Shown here: positions 37,001 through 51,100 of the stretch, piece by piece
How the letters are laid out: each line of letters opens with the position of its first letter
Position numbering within the stretch: position 1 is the stretch's first letter
The notes under the pieces: model-generated
Database searches by the model: none
Seen by the model: the letters and a program-made list of their open reading frames with translations, nothing else
What the model was told of the DNA's origin: nothing
Assembly: GCA_951406725.2 (NCBI GenBank)
Contig: OX597829.1
Coordinates: forward strand, 51,522,001 to 51,586,000
Reading direction: 5' to 3'
Length of the DNA stretch: 64,000 bases
From: Octopus vulgaris
Lineage: Eukaryota
Made by a program: the position numbers and the translations under genes

Positions 37001-40000
37001 TCATCCTACACCTTCATTTACTCTCTCTTATTCCAATTTCCTAAATACTATTAAACAGATACTAACTGGTGACTGTTTCTATGTTACAATGATTATCCAG
37101 GACTGACAAGATTTTCACGGTTAAATTCCTTTTGTAATAAAACATCACATGTCAAATCAAACTAACTCTTGAGACCTATAAATTAACTCATCTTCCTTTG
37201 AAACCATTAACTTCTTTAAGAATCTATAATCAAACTACTGACATTTGTTGATATACTTACCAAACCATATATCTACTTTATTTTTCCTTTACTATAGATG
37301 AAGCTTCAACATACCTACACTACTCCTACTTGTAGCCTCCTTAACCCTTCAACATTCAGATTATTGTGTCAAATGTAATTCTTATTTAGTCTCATTTTTA
37401 AAAATTAATCTTTCTTCATCTCATAGCTTTGAGATTTTGATGATGTAATTTTTTTATTTTTAGAATGACATTGTAGGGTAGATGTGAGAGGCCAGAAATG
37501 GCTGGTTTGAACATAAAACATGTAGAATTTTAGAGCTGAATATGACCAGTCTAAAGGCTAAATAATTAAGCTTTACTCCATCAAACGACAGATTACTCTG
37601 TCAAATGACATATTATTCTGTCAAATGTAATACTGTAATGCTTATTTATTCACATTGTTTTAAATTAATCATGTTTTATCTCACAGCTTTGAGATTGTAG
37701 TAATGTGGTGTGAGAAAGCAGATTTGGTTGGTCTGAACATTAAACAGGTAGAATATTTGGGCCAAATATAACTAGTTTAAAATCTAAAATGTTAAACTGG
37801 ATATGCTTCGTGTTCACTGCTTGAATTAGACAAGTAAAATTTAACAAGAAAATCACAAGCATTATATATCTTATTTCTCGTGAAAATTTCCTCAAAGACT
37901 TTTTTGTCAATGATGTATCTAAGACGATGACGACAGCTCAGTTTTTTTTTTTTGAGAGTAAAAACTTAAATCCTTAGAAATCAGAAGATGATCTCTAAAA
38001 CTAAACTGGTAATAAAGCTCAATTCCTCTGGTCAAACTTCTAGCTTAACAGAATCAATAATCAAGTTAAAAAAAAAAAAAAAAAAATGTACCCTTTTGAA
38101 ATTTAAAAAGTGAACTTACTAAAATATTTTCTTTCCAAACTGGTATAACAAATGCAGTTAGATATTGTCTAGCATTGTGTAGGCAAACATGTTAAAGCGT
38201 CGAAGAGAACTAAATATGTCATAAAGCAATATATCCAGAAGAGAAATTAAGCAATAGAGAAAAGAAAAGAAAACAAAAACGTACTAGTTTATCAGCTTCA
38301 GATAAAAGCCTTTGGAAATTTTCATCATCTGTAAGCCAACTTGGTAGTTCATTTGCTCCTGAAAGATTAGAAGGAAATTATAATTCAACAAGTGTTCGTT
38401 ATTACAGGAAAACTTTTTTGGAAGTAATCAGTATGGCTTGAAAATTAAAATAAATTTTAATTTAAGAATTATTACAATTTACAGACCTTTGGCAATATTT
38501 AAGAATAAATTTGGAGATCTAACTAGAAGAATGAAAGACTTAAACTTCGTTATTACAGGAAAACTTTTTTGGAAGTAATCAGTATGGCTTGAAAATTAAA
38601 ATAAATTTTAATTTAAGAATTATTACAATTTACAGACCTTTGGCAATATTTAAAAATAAATTTGGAGATCTAACTAGAAGAATGAAAGACTTAAACTTCC
38701 CCTTCTTACTAATATGGAATAAATAGGCAAGTGCAAGAGTTTATCAACAGATGTCCCAATGAGTAGACCTGTATGTAATCATTTGATATGCTATGAATAG
38801 TAACCAAATCTTGGAAAATCACACCCTACGACCTTAAAAAAAAAAGAAGAAAGAACATACTCGAATTATGTAATCCCGGATACACTAAGATGAAATAAAA
38901 ATGGATGGTTGAAATTGCAACATCTTTGATGATAGATTTACTTGATAAGGGAAGATGTGAGTTTTAACAACTGATACCAACCTTCTTGAGATTGGAAAAA
39001 GTAACTTTGTCACTCACAAGTGAGTATAACTTGATAGTAGATATCATGCTTGTGCCAATTCTTTCAAGTGCTTTTGCAGTACCCTCTCACCCTTGACTTA
39101 ACAGAACATCCACGGTGTGTGACAGCTAGAAGGAGAGAGGGGGCTGGTACCAATAATACTTAGCTGGTACTCATTTACAGTTGAGCAGATAGGGAACAAC
39201 AGGAAATGAAGTGCCTTGTTGAAGAACACAATGTATCTACCAAACCAATCCATAATTCAGGCCTAACAACCGCCTAATCACTGGGTTATGTGCTTGAGAC
39301 CACCACCGATTATTTCATACAAAATGTCCCGTTTTGAAGCGTTCATATTTAAATCAATAACCTTCATTATAATTTCATGTAAGAAACTTTTTATTATATT
39401 GTGTTCCAAAATAACCCCTTAATAATGGTTGTTACACAGGATCATCATCACCTTCATCAATTTAACATCCACTTTTCCATGTCTGCACGGGCCAACCAGA
39501 GTTCAGTGAAACAGACTTTATACAACTGGATGCCCTTGCTGTCACCAACCCTTACCGGTTTCCTAGCAAGGTGATATCTTCCTATGGTCAGGCATGTTTT
39601 CACAGAACATTGGCAATGAATGACAATCATTTACAACAATCAGACAGTGTCAACACGCACAGTTTCTGTCTACTATTTACCAAATCCATTCAAAGCAATT
39701 TTGAAATTAACCGTTTTCAAAATTAATTGAAACGCCCAGCATAAAAGCAACAAACATCAGACAGAATGCTTCGTTGCTTTTGCTTTGACTCTCTGCACTT
39801 TGAACTAAAATTTTGTCTGAGTCAACTTTGCTTTTTGGGGGTGGGTGAGGGTGTCGAGAAAAAAAGGTAGAAAAAAATCCTAGGCAGTGGATTGGGGAAA
39901 CTCTAAGAACAGCAGACAAGATGTCTTGCAGTGTTTGTTCCAGCTTTTTGGTGTTCAGAGTTCAAATCCTGCCATGGTTCAATCACTAGGATGATAGATT

Positions 40001-43000
40001 TATGTCTCTTGCTTGCTTTAACACCACCACCTGACCCCTTGAATGCCTTTAAAGGAGTCTTAAGCTGTTACAAGCATTTGGGCCAGGTCTCTAGTTTGAG
40101 GGTACCTTCCTCCCTCCCACCCACCAATGCACCCAATCAGGAGCCTTGAAAAGAGTCACGGGTAATGCATTTGTCTGATTATTGGTTTCAAATTTTTGCA
40201 CAAGGTTGTCATTTTGGAGGAGTGGGTAAGTTCATTTCATCGACCCCAGTGCCTAACTGGTATCTATTTTATCAATCCCAAAAGGATGAAAGGGAAAGTT
40301 GACCTCAGAAACATTTGAAATTGAAACGGAAAGACAGAAGACAGATAAAATGCTGCTAATAGATAATATATAATAGATAATCCTTTCTAATATAGGCACA
40401 AGGCCTGAAATTTTGCAGGAGGGGACTATTCAATTACCTCAACCCCAGTGTATAACTTTCATCAACCCTGAAAGAGTGAAAAGCAAAATCAACCTCAGTG
40501 GAATCTGAACTCAGAATGTAAAGATAGACAAAATGCCACTAAGAATTTTGCCCAGTGTGCTAATGAATCTGTCGACTTGCTGCCTTGAAACTATGTACAT
40601 TATTAAACAGGGTAACAAAAAGGTTAACAGTTACCGTTTTTGCAGTATTTTCGGTTCCATCCATTCTGTTCAGACATCTATCAGTACTAACATACAAACA
40701 ACAATGTGTACCCTAAATATGTAGTTTTCTAATTTTGAATTCACTCCTTGTCGTTATGTAACATAAACAGCAATCTGTACTCTTAATGCACTTTTGTTCT
40801 GAAACCATTCCTATTTTGGAATAAAATTATTTGAGACTCATATTTTTTTTAAGATACATACCTCTTGCTTTTGCTTCTTCCATCCCTTTTTTGAGTTCTT
40901 TTAATCTGTAAACATCATCTCTTAAATGATTAAGACGTCTTTGGGAGGCTTGAAGATCCAGCTCCAAGTCAACAGACGTGCGTATTGGCATTTTTCTAAG
41001 AGATGAACCAGCTGCACCTGGCAGCTAAAAATATGAAAAAAGAGAGAAAGAAATGAATGTATCAGCAGTATAAAAGCAGGTCTTTTAAAATTAAAATTGC
41101 AAAGTTTGTAGGGAAATAATGTCTAAAGCCTAAAAGTTTCCCCTATGACTGAGGGAGAACAGAAGAAAGAGTAGGGGATGATGCTACACTGAGGAATGAA
41201 GGATGGTAAGAAGGAAGATGGAGGAGTATGGCAGGGGACAACAGGGAAAAGGGAAAAATGAAAAATTTTATATATATGAGGGGGTGCTGAAAATTTCTTG
41301 GCTTTAAGGGCATTGTGAGAAGCCTGGTTGGAGGCCCAAACTTCTGAATTCTTTGACAGGACTTAGAAAAACTGAAGGATTACTGCCAATAAGTGTGCGA
41401 ATCTGAGAAGGGAAATATGTTGAATAAAGTCATAATTAATTGATCCTCCTCTATTTGCTTTTACCCAAAGCCAAGAAATTTTCAGCACTGCCTTGTACTT
41501 AGAGAAAAACCCAAGCATTTTACAAAACAATAATAATAAATAAAAAAAAAAAGTGCCAAAGCTTGAAGAACAAGAAAATATACTCACCCTTTTCCACCTT
41601 AAACTTTGCCGCACTGTAGAGTTTCTTTGGAATGGCCCACGTTTATATAGAGGCATAGAGCTGTCACTATCACTGCGGTTTAACTGTAGATAGAAAAAGT
41701 TTCCATTAAGATATAATTTGACTATTTTTGTTCTTATCATTAGAGTTGATCTGTATACACCACCTTCGTTCATTGTATGTATCACACTCATATAATCATA
41801 ATTATTTATAATTGCTGTACTAAAGAAGATTTGTACTCCACAGCAGAAGTTTTAAGGCCACTCCACCCTGGTGAAGAGGATTGGCATGAAAGAGTTCTGT
41901 GCCAGTACCACATAAAGCACTCATGCGGTGCCATGTAAAAGCACCCAGCACACACTGTAAAGTGGTTGGCATTAGGAAGGGCACCCAGTCGTAGAAACCA
42001 TACCAAATCAGACTGGAGCCTATTGCAGCTCCCCAGCTTGCCAGCCCTGGTCAGACTGTCCAACCCATGCTAGCATGGACAATGGATGTTAAACAATGAT
42101 GACAATGATGATGAATTCTTTACCAGTATAATTACAATTTATTTTAAGCACATAATATGCTTCTATAACTAATTGATAATAAATGTGCTGCTAATATTGC
42201 ATTAAAAAAATGATTTTAGTATCAGATTTTGGGATAACACAGAAATCTTTATTGCTGTGTAATGATTTGCAAAATTTTCTCCAACTAAATTTTGCCACCA
42301 TATCACTTTTTGTCTTCATTCATCCCTTCACTGAACAATTAAAAAAATTTTTTTTTGTTTGCTTGTTGCAGTGAGAAGGGGAAAATATTATCCAAAGCTC
42401 TGTTTTAGGTCATCTTTGGCTGGGAGAGGAAAAATTACGAGAGGAATAATTACAAGAGGCCAATGCAATTAGGACCAAGTTTGAATATGTTAAAGGTCAG
42501 AGGATAAGGAATGAATTTAAGAAAGAAAGAGCACCAGATGAATAATGTTTTGAGAAAGTTCTAAAGTAAGAATCTCAGGATGTAAATGCAGAAAGAGATG
42601 AAACCAAACGGAATGGTGTTTGGATTCTTTTATTCTTTAACTCATTTCAGTCCATTTGACTGTGGCCATGCTGCAGCACCGTCTTAAGGGATTTTAGTTG
42701 AACAAATTGATCCCAGAAGTTATTCTTTGTAAGCTTAGTACATATTCTATTGGTCTCTTTTGCTGAATTGCTACATTATGGGGATGTAAACACACACTCA
42801 CATAAATATATATACAAACATACACACATATATATATGTTTATATATGACAGGCTTCTTTTAGTTTCCATCAATCAAATCCACTCACAAGGCTTTGGTCA
42901 ACCTGAGGCTATAGTAGAAAACATTTGCTCAAGGTGCCATGCAGTGTGACTGAACCCAGAACCATGTGGTTGGGAAGCAAGTTTCTTACTACATAGCTTA

Positions 43001-45144
43001 AAGCGAGACAGCCAATAGCCTAGAAAATAGTAATTTTAGTGGTCTCATTATTTAAACATTTCTCTTGGTATTATTGATTCTCAGAATCACAAATGATGAA
43101 ACTGGAGAGCTGTTTACAAAGGGGAAAGTTGAATAATTTTTATATATATTTCAGACACAGAGGCCAATCATGAGAAGTGAATGAACCTTTTACTTCTGGT
43201 GATGATTGTTTATGAAGCTTACTCAACTTTCCTTTTCCACATTGTCAGAAACTTCCCTTCTTTGTTATTTGTTATTTTACTCCTGTATCACGGTGCCCAA
43301 GCAAACTACAACATTCTTCCAATATTCAAAATTTCTTCCTATTATTATAAAGATACACCTGTGAATGTTTTATGAGTACAAAAATAACAAAAACCTTAAT
43401 TCTGAAGCCTTTAATTACGAGTTTCAAATTTTGGCACAAGGCCAGCAATTTAAGGTTAGACATGACAAGTAGATAATATTGACCCAGGGTTCAACTGTTA
43501 CTTATATCACCCATGAAAGGACGAAAGGCAAAGTTGACCTCAGTGGAATTTGAACATAGTATTTACAGTTGAAATGCCTTTAGACATTTTGCCTGGCATG
43601 CTAACAATTCTACCTTGAACCCTTTAATTACTAACATAAAATTAAAAGTTATCACTAACTGAAAAAAAGAATGACTTTTGCAAAACACTGTAGAATTGAC
43701 AAAGTTTTCTTAGAATTTGACATATCTATATATATAAAAGTGGGGTTGTGTGCTGTCTGTCTCCTACGATTTAGATTCCTAACTACTCCCACATTTTGCA
43801 GTGCAGTTTAACCAAAAGCGGGTATCTTATAGTCGTGATTCATATTGAGCCCTTCTGGGTATTAGCGCGCGTCTACGATGAGTCTACGATTTAAAAAAAA
43901 TTTTCCATCATTTTCCCCCATTTTGATGCATTTTTTTTGCTATTATATAAGGGAAGTAACTCTCTAAAAATGTATTATTAAATCTCAGAACGTAAAAAGC
44001 TACAGTAACACCCCCCTTTGTGGTTAGCCATATTGAGATGGCTATTATACTTTACATCTCTAAAAATGCTTATATAGTTATTTCCCTTACAAACCCGAGC
44101 AACGCCGGGCGATACTGCTAGTCTGTATTAAGTTCCAAGATACACATGCATTTGAAAACCACGAGTAAAGTGATAAGTGTTGCATAAAGGAACAGAAAAT
44201 GTAACTTACTTTACAAACATATGCACTGCCCTGTCTGTCTGCTGGTGAAAATGTCTGAGAACGTCTTATTGTACTCTTTCGAACAGTTTCTGTGGGACGT
44301 TTCTTTGCTTTGTACACAAAATCACCATCTGTGTTTGTTCCCTTTTCACAAGTTTTGATTTCATCACCAGTATCAACCGATTCGTAGTTATCCAACGACG
44401 TCCAGCCTATAGATGGGTCCTTTTGTGGGAATAAATTTATAAAGACTTTTGAAATATCACATGTAAAATACAAAAAAAAACAGTAATTGCAATAAATTAA
44501 CCTTACAGATAGAATGATTACATTTAGCATTAAGTAGTGTTACAGATAGTTCCTCTCGAGCATTGAGCCTGATGGAGGCAAAGTGGCTAAGTTCTTTCGA
44601 GAGCTGGGCGTCACAGAGGCAATAACCAAGATTTTAGGCATTATGTTGTGCTTGAGAAGACCCATGAAACTGAGCAAAATCACAGCTGTGGCAGATAATG
44701 GTGTCACACAAACTGGCACCAGTGGCATGTAAAAGGGCATCCAGCTGTAGAAAATCATGCCAAATCAGACTGGAGTCTGGTGCAGCCTTCCTGTATGCTA
44801 GCCCAGTCAAACCCATGCCAGCAGAGACAATGGACGTTAAATGATAGAATAAAAGTCAAAGTCAACCCCAGCAGAATTTGAACTCATAATGTAAAGACTG
44901 ATGAAATATTGCCAACCATTTTGTCCAATGTGCTAATGATGATAATAATAATAATAATAATAATCCTTTCTACTAAAGGCACAAGGCCTGAAATTTCAGA
45001 TGGGAGGATTAGTCAATTATATCGACACCGAAAGGATGAAATACAAAGTTGATTCCAGCGGAATTTGAACTCAGAATGTAAACATGGACGAAATGCCACT
45101 ATGTATTTTGCTCAATGTGCTAATGATTCTGTCACCTCACTACC

Positions 45145-45176
<32 letters not shown>

Positions 45177-48100
45177 CTGTTCTTTAGTTGAATCCACAAG
45201 ATCAACTGAATCTGTGTCTTTATCATCTTCTTCTTCGTGAACATCATCTTCATGACTGTGCATTGCTTCTGGGCCTTAAAAAAATATAAAAAATAAGAAT
45301 CAAATCTTGATTCTAATTCAAGAATTGGTTAAAAAAAAAAAAACGAAAAAAGAAAATTCAACTGGACACCAAAATTATTTGTTATTATTTTATAAATAAG
45401 ACACAACTAAGACTTGGTTTAAATTTTGAACCAAAATTGTTCAAAACTTGCACTTGGGAATGTTTTTAGGGAACACAGATTACGCCCAACCCCTTCCAAC
45501 TACCTCAGCTGATAGATCTTGAAAATTATTTGATGAACTCACTGCTGTTGGTGCCATGTAAAGAGGACCCTGTACACTCTGTGAAGTGGCTGGCATTAGG
45601 AAGGGTATCCAACCATAGAAACCATGGTTGCCAAAGCAGACAATAGTGTTTGGCACAGTCTTCTAGTTTGCCAGTTCCTGTCAAACTGTCCAACACATGA
45701 CAGCATGGAAAACAGATGCTAAATGATGATGATGATTTAATTCAGATCAGACATGCTGCATTGGAGTTCAATAAACATAGAAGCTATATGACATACGTAA
45801 GATGCCCTTCCTTATAGATGCCTTTCTCAACAGATGTAAACCAATATGACATTATAAGAGGAGCAATTGCTATAGTAACTCCAATGATTAAATGTGGTTT
45901 TTGACAGCATACATGCATGTGTGATTGGATAAAGAAACTGTTGCCGGTTAACCCCAGGTCAGTCCTAATCAAGGAAGCCTTTGATCGAAGGCATTCCAGC
46001 CATGCACATCCCATCCTTCTCTTGGCTATTGTATATCTAAGATTATATTATCTGGAGTGTCTTTCCCATTTCCAGATAGTGTATTGTAGTTCAAGTATAT
46101 TAAATTGCCATTTTTAGCAGACCAACGACCACATAGTATCCTGATAGTAATCAATAATAAATGACAACATCCGTTTGTGGCCGTTTGCCAGCTTGTCTGG
46201 CCCCTGTGCGGGTGGCACGTAAAAAGCACCCACTACACTCACGGAGTGGTTGGCGTTATGAAGGGCATCCAGCCGTAGAAACACTGCCAGATCTGACTGG
46301 GCCTGATGCAGCCTTCCGGCTTCCCAGACCCCAGTTGAACCGTCCAACCCATGCTAGCATGGAAAGCGGACACTAAATGACGATGATGATGATGATGAAC
46401 TAATGTGAATAAAGAAAAAAATTAAAATGACGTGTAATTTATTTAAAAAAATTACCATCCTACTTCAAGGATGAGAATTCTTTTTGTTACCATGTCTCTG
46501 TTGAAATACACAACCTTTGTTTCAATAAATTTAGAAAATAATGAAGAATTTAGTAAAATAACTGTTGTTATAAAGTTGATGCGTAGGACATAAACCAACA
46601 AAAGAAGTTTTGATGGGAAACGGTTTTAAATTCGATCATTTTGAAACAGGAAGTTTATAACATAGAACTAGAGTTATTCCCAGGTAGACTGGTATCAATG
46701 CTAATATGTAAAAGACATTTACCTTGGTTACGTGTAAGAGTGGAGGTTTGAGATGAGATAATTGTTGATTCATCACTACTTTCTTCTTTTCCAAATGTAA
46801 CAACATTTCTAGGTATTCAAAAAAAAAGAAAAAAAAAACACACCATTAAATTTCAAAATGTATAATTTAAAATTTTGAATTTCTTTTGAAAGAAAATTGA
46901 AACCGTGTGCAGAAACCAGCATTGTTATATTTGGTAAGAGTCATAATGAAAAAAAAGCTTAAAAACCTACCCACCAGTGAAATATAGACAAACAACAACT
47001 GATGTGTGTGATTAAAGAGTTTATAAATTATGACTTGCCAAATATACAATAGCAATACGATTTTCAATATAATTTAGATAAAGCCTTTTTTTTGTTTGGG
47101 GGAACATTATCCATGACCAGAGGCCATGCAAATATTTTCTGCAAATAAGTAAATTGGGCAAAAAAAAGAAATTCTGAAAGTAAAGCATCTGTTACTTTAA
47201 ATTAATGTGGGAAAGTGTTACTCACTTGCCCTCTTTGGTATTTTCAGAGACAGAATGCTCATCACAGGGGAAGTTTTTCCTCATGTCAGATGAAAGCTGT
47301 ACGGACATTCGTCCTATTCTGTCTTTTACGGCATTCTAAATGGATATAAATAATGCCAGTTTATTTTATGAATACAAATTTTATGTACATGTACATGTAA
47401 ATAAATACATACACACACACACACACACACATATATCATCATGGATTAACGTCCGTTTTTCATGCTGGCATGGGTTTGATGGTTTGACTGAGGTCTGGAG
47501 AGTCCATGGCTGCACCAGGCTCCAATTTGGTCTGGCAGAGTTTGTACAGTTGGATGCCCTTCCTAACGCCAACCACTCCAAGAGTGTAGTGGGTGCTTTT
47601 TACATACCACCGGCACAGGAACCAGTAAGGCAGGCCTGGCAACAATCATGTTTGGATGGTACTTTATGTCGATATATTCATTTGCATGAACACACACACA
47701 CATGCAGGTATATCTGTATGTGTGAAGGTGTATGATGCAATGGTTTGAATATTGAACCCAGAGACATTAGGATGATAGTTCAATTTTTGTAACAATGTGC
47801 CATGTCCTACAACAACACTTTACTTGCCTTTGCTTGAGTCCACTCAACTGAAAATGAGTACCAGAAATAGCTGGGCTATGAATAAAGATTAATCCTACAA
47901 CAGACTGATGTCCCGTTCAACAGCTTATCTTGTACTCACAATTGATTAAAAGCCACAAGAACTGGGATAAGCCTTGTCCTAAAAAGCCTTCAGGTTCAAG
48001 ATAGATTAACCTTTTTTTAATTTTTTTTATTAGCCGTATTTATAAATCCACTGTTATCATCGTCATTTAACATCCACTTTCCTTGCTGGCATGAGTTGGG

Positions 48101-51100
48101 CAGTTTGACAGGACCTAGTAAGGCCAGGAGCCACACCAGGCTCCATTATGATTTGGTGTGTTTTCTACAGCTTCCTAACACCAAGTGTTTTACAGAGTAT
48201 ACTGGGTTTTTTTTTTATGTGACACCAGCATAAGTGCTTTGCTTTATATGTGGCACCAGCGCTTGTGTTACTGAATGTGAGTATATTATGTATATTTATG
48301 GGTGCTGATGTGATTACATATTGTCATCACGACATACCACTGTCATCATGCTGACATGGGTTGAAGAGATTGCCACAATCCAAGTCATCCATCATTGAGA
48401 GCTACTGCCCCTAAAAACTAAGTGGTCGTACGTTTCATTTGACTTGGTTTCTACAGCTGGATGCCCTTCCTAACAACAACCACTCTATAGAATATATTAG
48501 GTGCATTTTCTTGTGGCATCAACACTAGAGGGGTTGAACTGTCCTCGGCAAGACAAGAACAGAAAGACATTATGGACCTTACACTATACCTGCTCACTTA
48601 GCCAATCACTTCATAGTTTGTGCAGTAATGTGTATGTCAATATGAATACACACATGTACCCATGTATCTGTGTAAATGTGTGAATTTATATGCGTCTGCT
48701 AATGTACATAAACAGATGAAGATATCAAATGTGAGTGTATGTTTCAGAGCATATGTATGCCTATTAATGTATTCAAACATTTGTATGTCTGAATACACAC
48801 ACACAAAAGTGTTTGTATTACATACAACAAGCAAAAATTACATGCCGAGAGAAATAACAAGAGAAGACTGATGCTAAAAAGCATGAAACAAAAACAGAGT
48901 TTGTTAGTTTTCAGTTGTACTTACTAGTAAGTGAGTATAATCAATATTTGAAACAGGATCTTTTCGTACAGTTTGTTTCATGTTATCGGACTGCATGAAT
49001 TTGAAGCTTAGAACATTATACCAACGTACACATACTTCCTGATAATTGAAGTCAGCAAGACTAATGTGAGCACATCCCTGAAATAACAAGTCAAATTAAA
49101 AGAAAATTATTGTTTGCATAATTACATATCTCATGACAGTTCAACAATCAGTGCTCCGCAGAACTACACGCTTCATTGCATCTTAGAATAATGTGGCTGA
49201 GTATTCCACAGACATGTGAACCCTTAACGTAAACGATCAAGCAGAACAAGTGTAACAAGACCAAATTACAAGTACAGTCTTTCTAAGGCACATCGACACA
49301 GCTTGTGCCTACCCAATTTCATTCATCAAGCTTGTGTTAATGCAGGGCTACTGTGGAAAACATTATAAGTAGGATAGGAAAGAAACTCCAAACAGTAGGG
49401 TTTAACCCAAGACCTTGTGATTGTGAAGTGAACTTATTAACCATCAGGCCATGCTTGCACCAGCCTGAGGAAACTGACCACAGAAAAATGGCTTGTGACT
49501 GAAGTGCAAATTATAAGCAAAGATATTGCAGCAAGGATAGTGAAGGCAATTAATATCTGTAAGAAATTTAGTTTATACATAGGGGACATCACAAGACATC
49601 ATTGGTTCATCTCTGCTCATAGCTCTTGAGATAATAAAACAAAAGGGATTTTCTAGTAGGGTATAGAGGTACTTAAACTTAGAAATGCAGTTTGTATACT
49701 CCAAAGAACACAAACTAATGTTATGAAAATACTACCCAAACATATTGTTTCTGGTCTACTCCTAGGTTTGGTTGGCTCAGCTTGAAGAATCTGTCTTGTG
49801 ACTCTTTCCTATGACATCTGAATGTGGAGAAAGAGGAGCAGTTTGATCTGGAGAGACTCACTGACCTCTGAATTACAAACTGTTGAGTTGTTCATAAGGA
49901 CATGCCAAGTGGACAGAAAACCAGACCAACAGCTGAGAAGTTAGCAGTTTAAATAGTTGAAACTGTGTAAGGGACAAAATACTTAGCTCTCTCACGATCC
50001 AGTCCCACCTAGAAAGGAACAACTTATCACTGTAACTAGTGGCAGCATAGTAACATTGAATAGGGTCCCCCTAACTTGCATTGCTGAACTCAAATAGATG
50101 AGTTGAAGAATAAGTGTATATGGATAAAACAAGAGCTGAATACAATTTGTCTCATCTTTGTCCTTCGGTCAACAGGACTAATCAGACATCAGATGGATGT
50201 TTCTCAACATGAAAAGTTAAGTAATCGTGTCAATGGAGCATGAACAGCCAAGGTCAACTTTGCCTTTCATCCTTTTGGGGTTGATTAAATAAGTACCAAT
50301 TACACACTGGGGTCGATGTAATTGACTTAATCCCTTTATCTGTCCTTGTTTGTCCCCTCTATGTTTAGCCCCCCTGTGGGGGTAATAAAGAAATAAATAT
50401 ACTTACCAAACATTCTAGTTCTTTACCATCAGGAATGCTCCAAACATTAACCTGTAATGTTTGAGCATGTAGTAAATTTTTAGGAATGGCAACTTTGAAA
50501 CTTTCGGCAAATTTTGGATTTTTCATATCTGCTGAAGGTTTTGTTTCCCAACACACTGGCATAAATGGTAGTAGAGCAATTTTGATACCTCTGCAATGGT
50601 ATAAACAAGGAAATACTTTATGAAAGAAATAAGCGCTAGAGCATGACGGAAAACATGAGGTAATGCATGATTAATTCAAGACAATGGGAATAAACAAGCA
50701 TTAGATTTGACAGGATAATCTGAACGTTAATGGATTAACATCATTATAGCAAGTATACAATAAATTGAAAGCATTTAATATTCTATATTTTTTAAACACA
50801 TAATCATTAAAGGTAAAAAAAATGTAACAAGAAAAGGGTTTGGTCAGACATACATTTTCGTTTTCTCTGGAAGCGGAAGTGCTCCCAAATTCCGAGCCTG
50901 ATCAACTTCTACATGGAGATTTCCATCAAATGTATCGTATCTAGAGATAGAAGGGAAGAAGTACATTAAAACACATAATTATCAATTTTTTTTATGTTTA
51001 CACATCGAGTCATCTAAATGGTATAATCATCACCATAAGCATTTTAACGTTCACTTTTGAATGCTTGCCTGGGTCAGACAGAATTTAGTGAGGCAGATTT

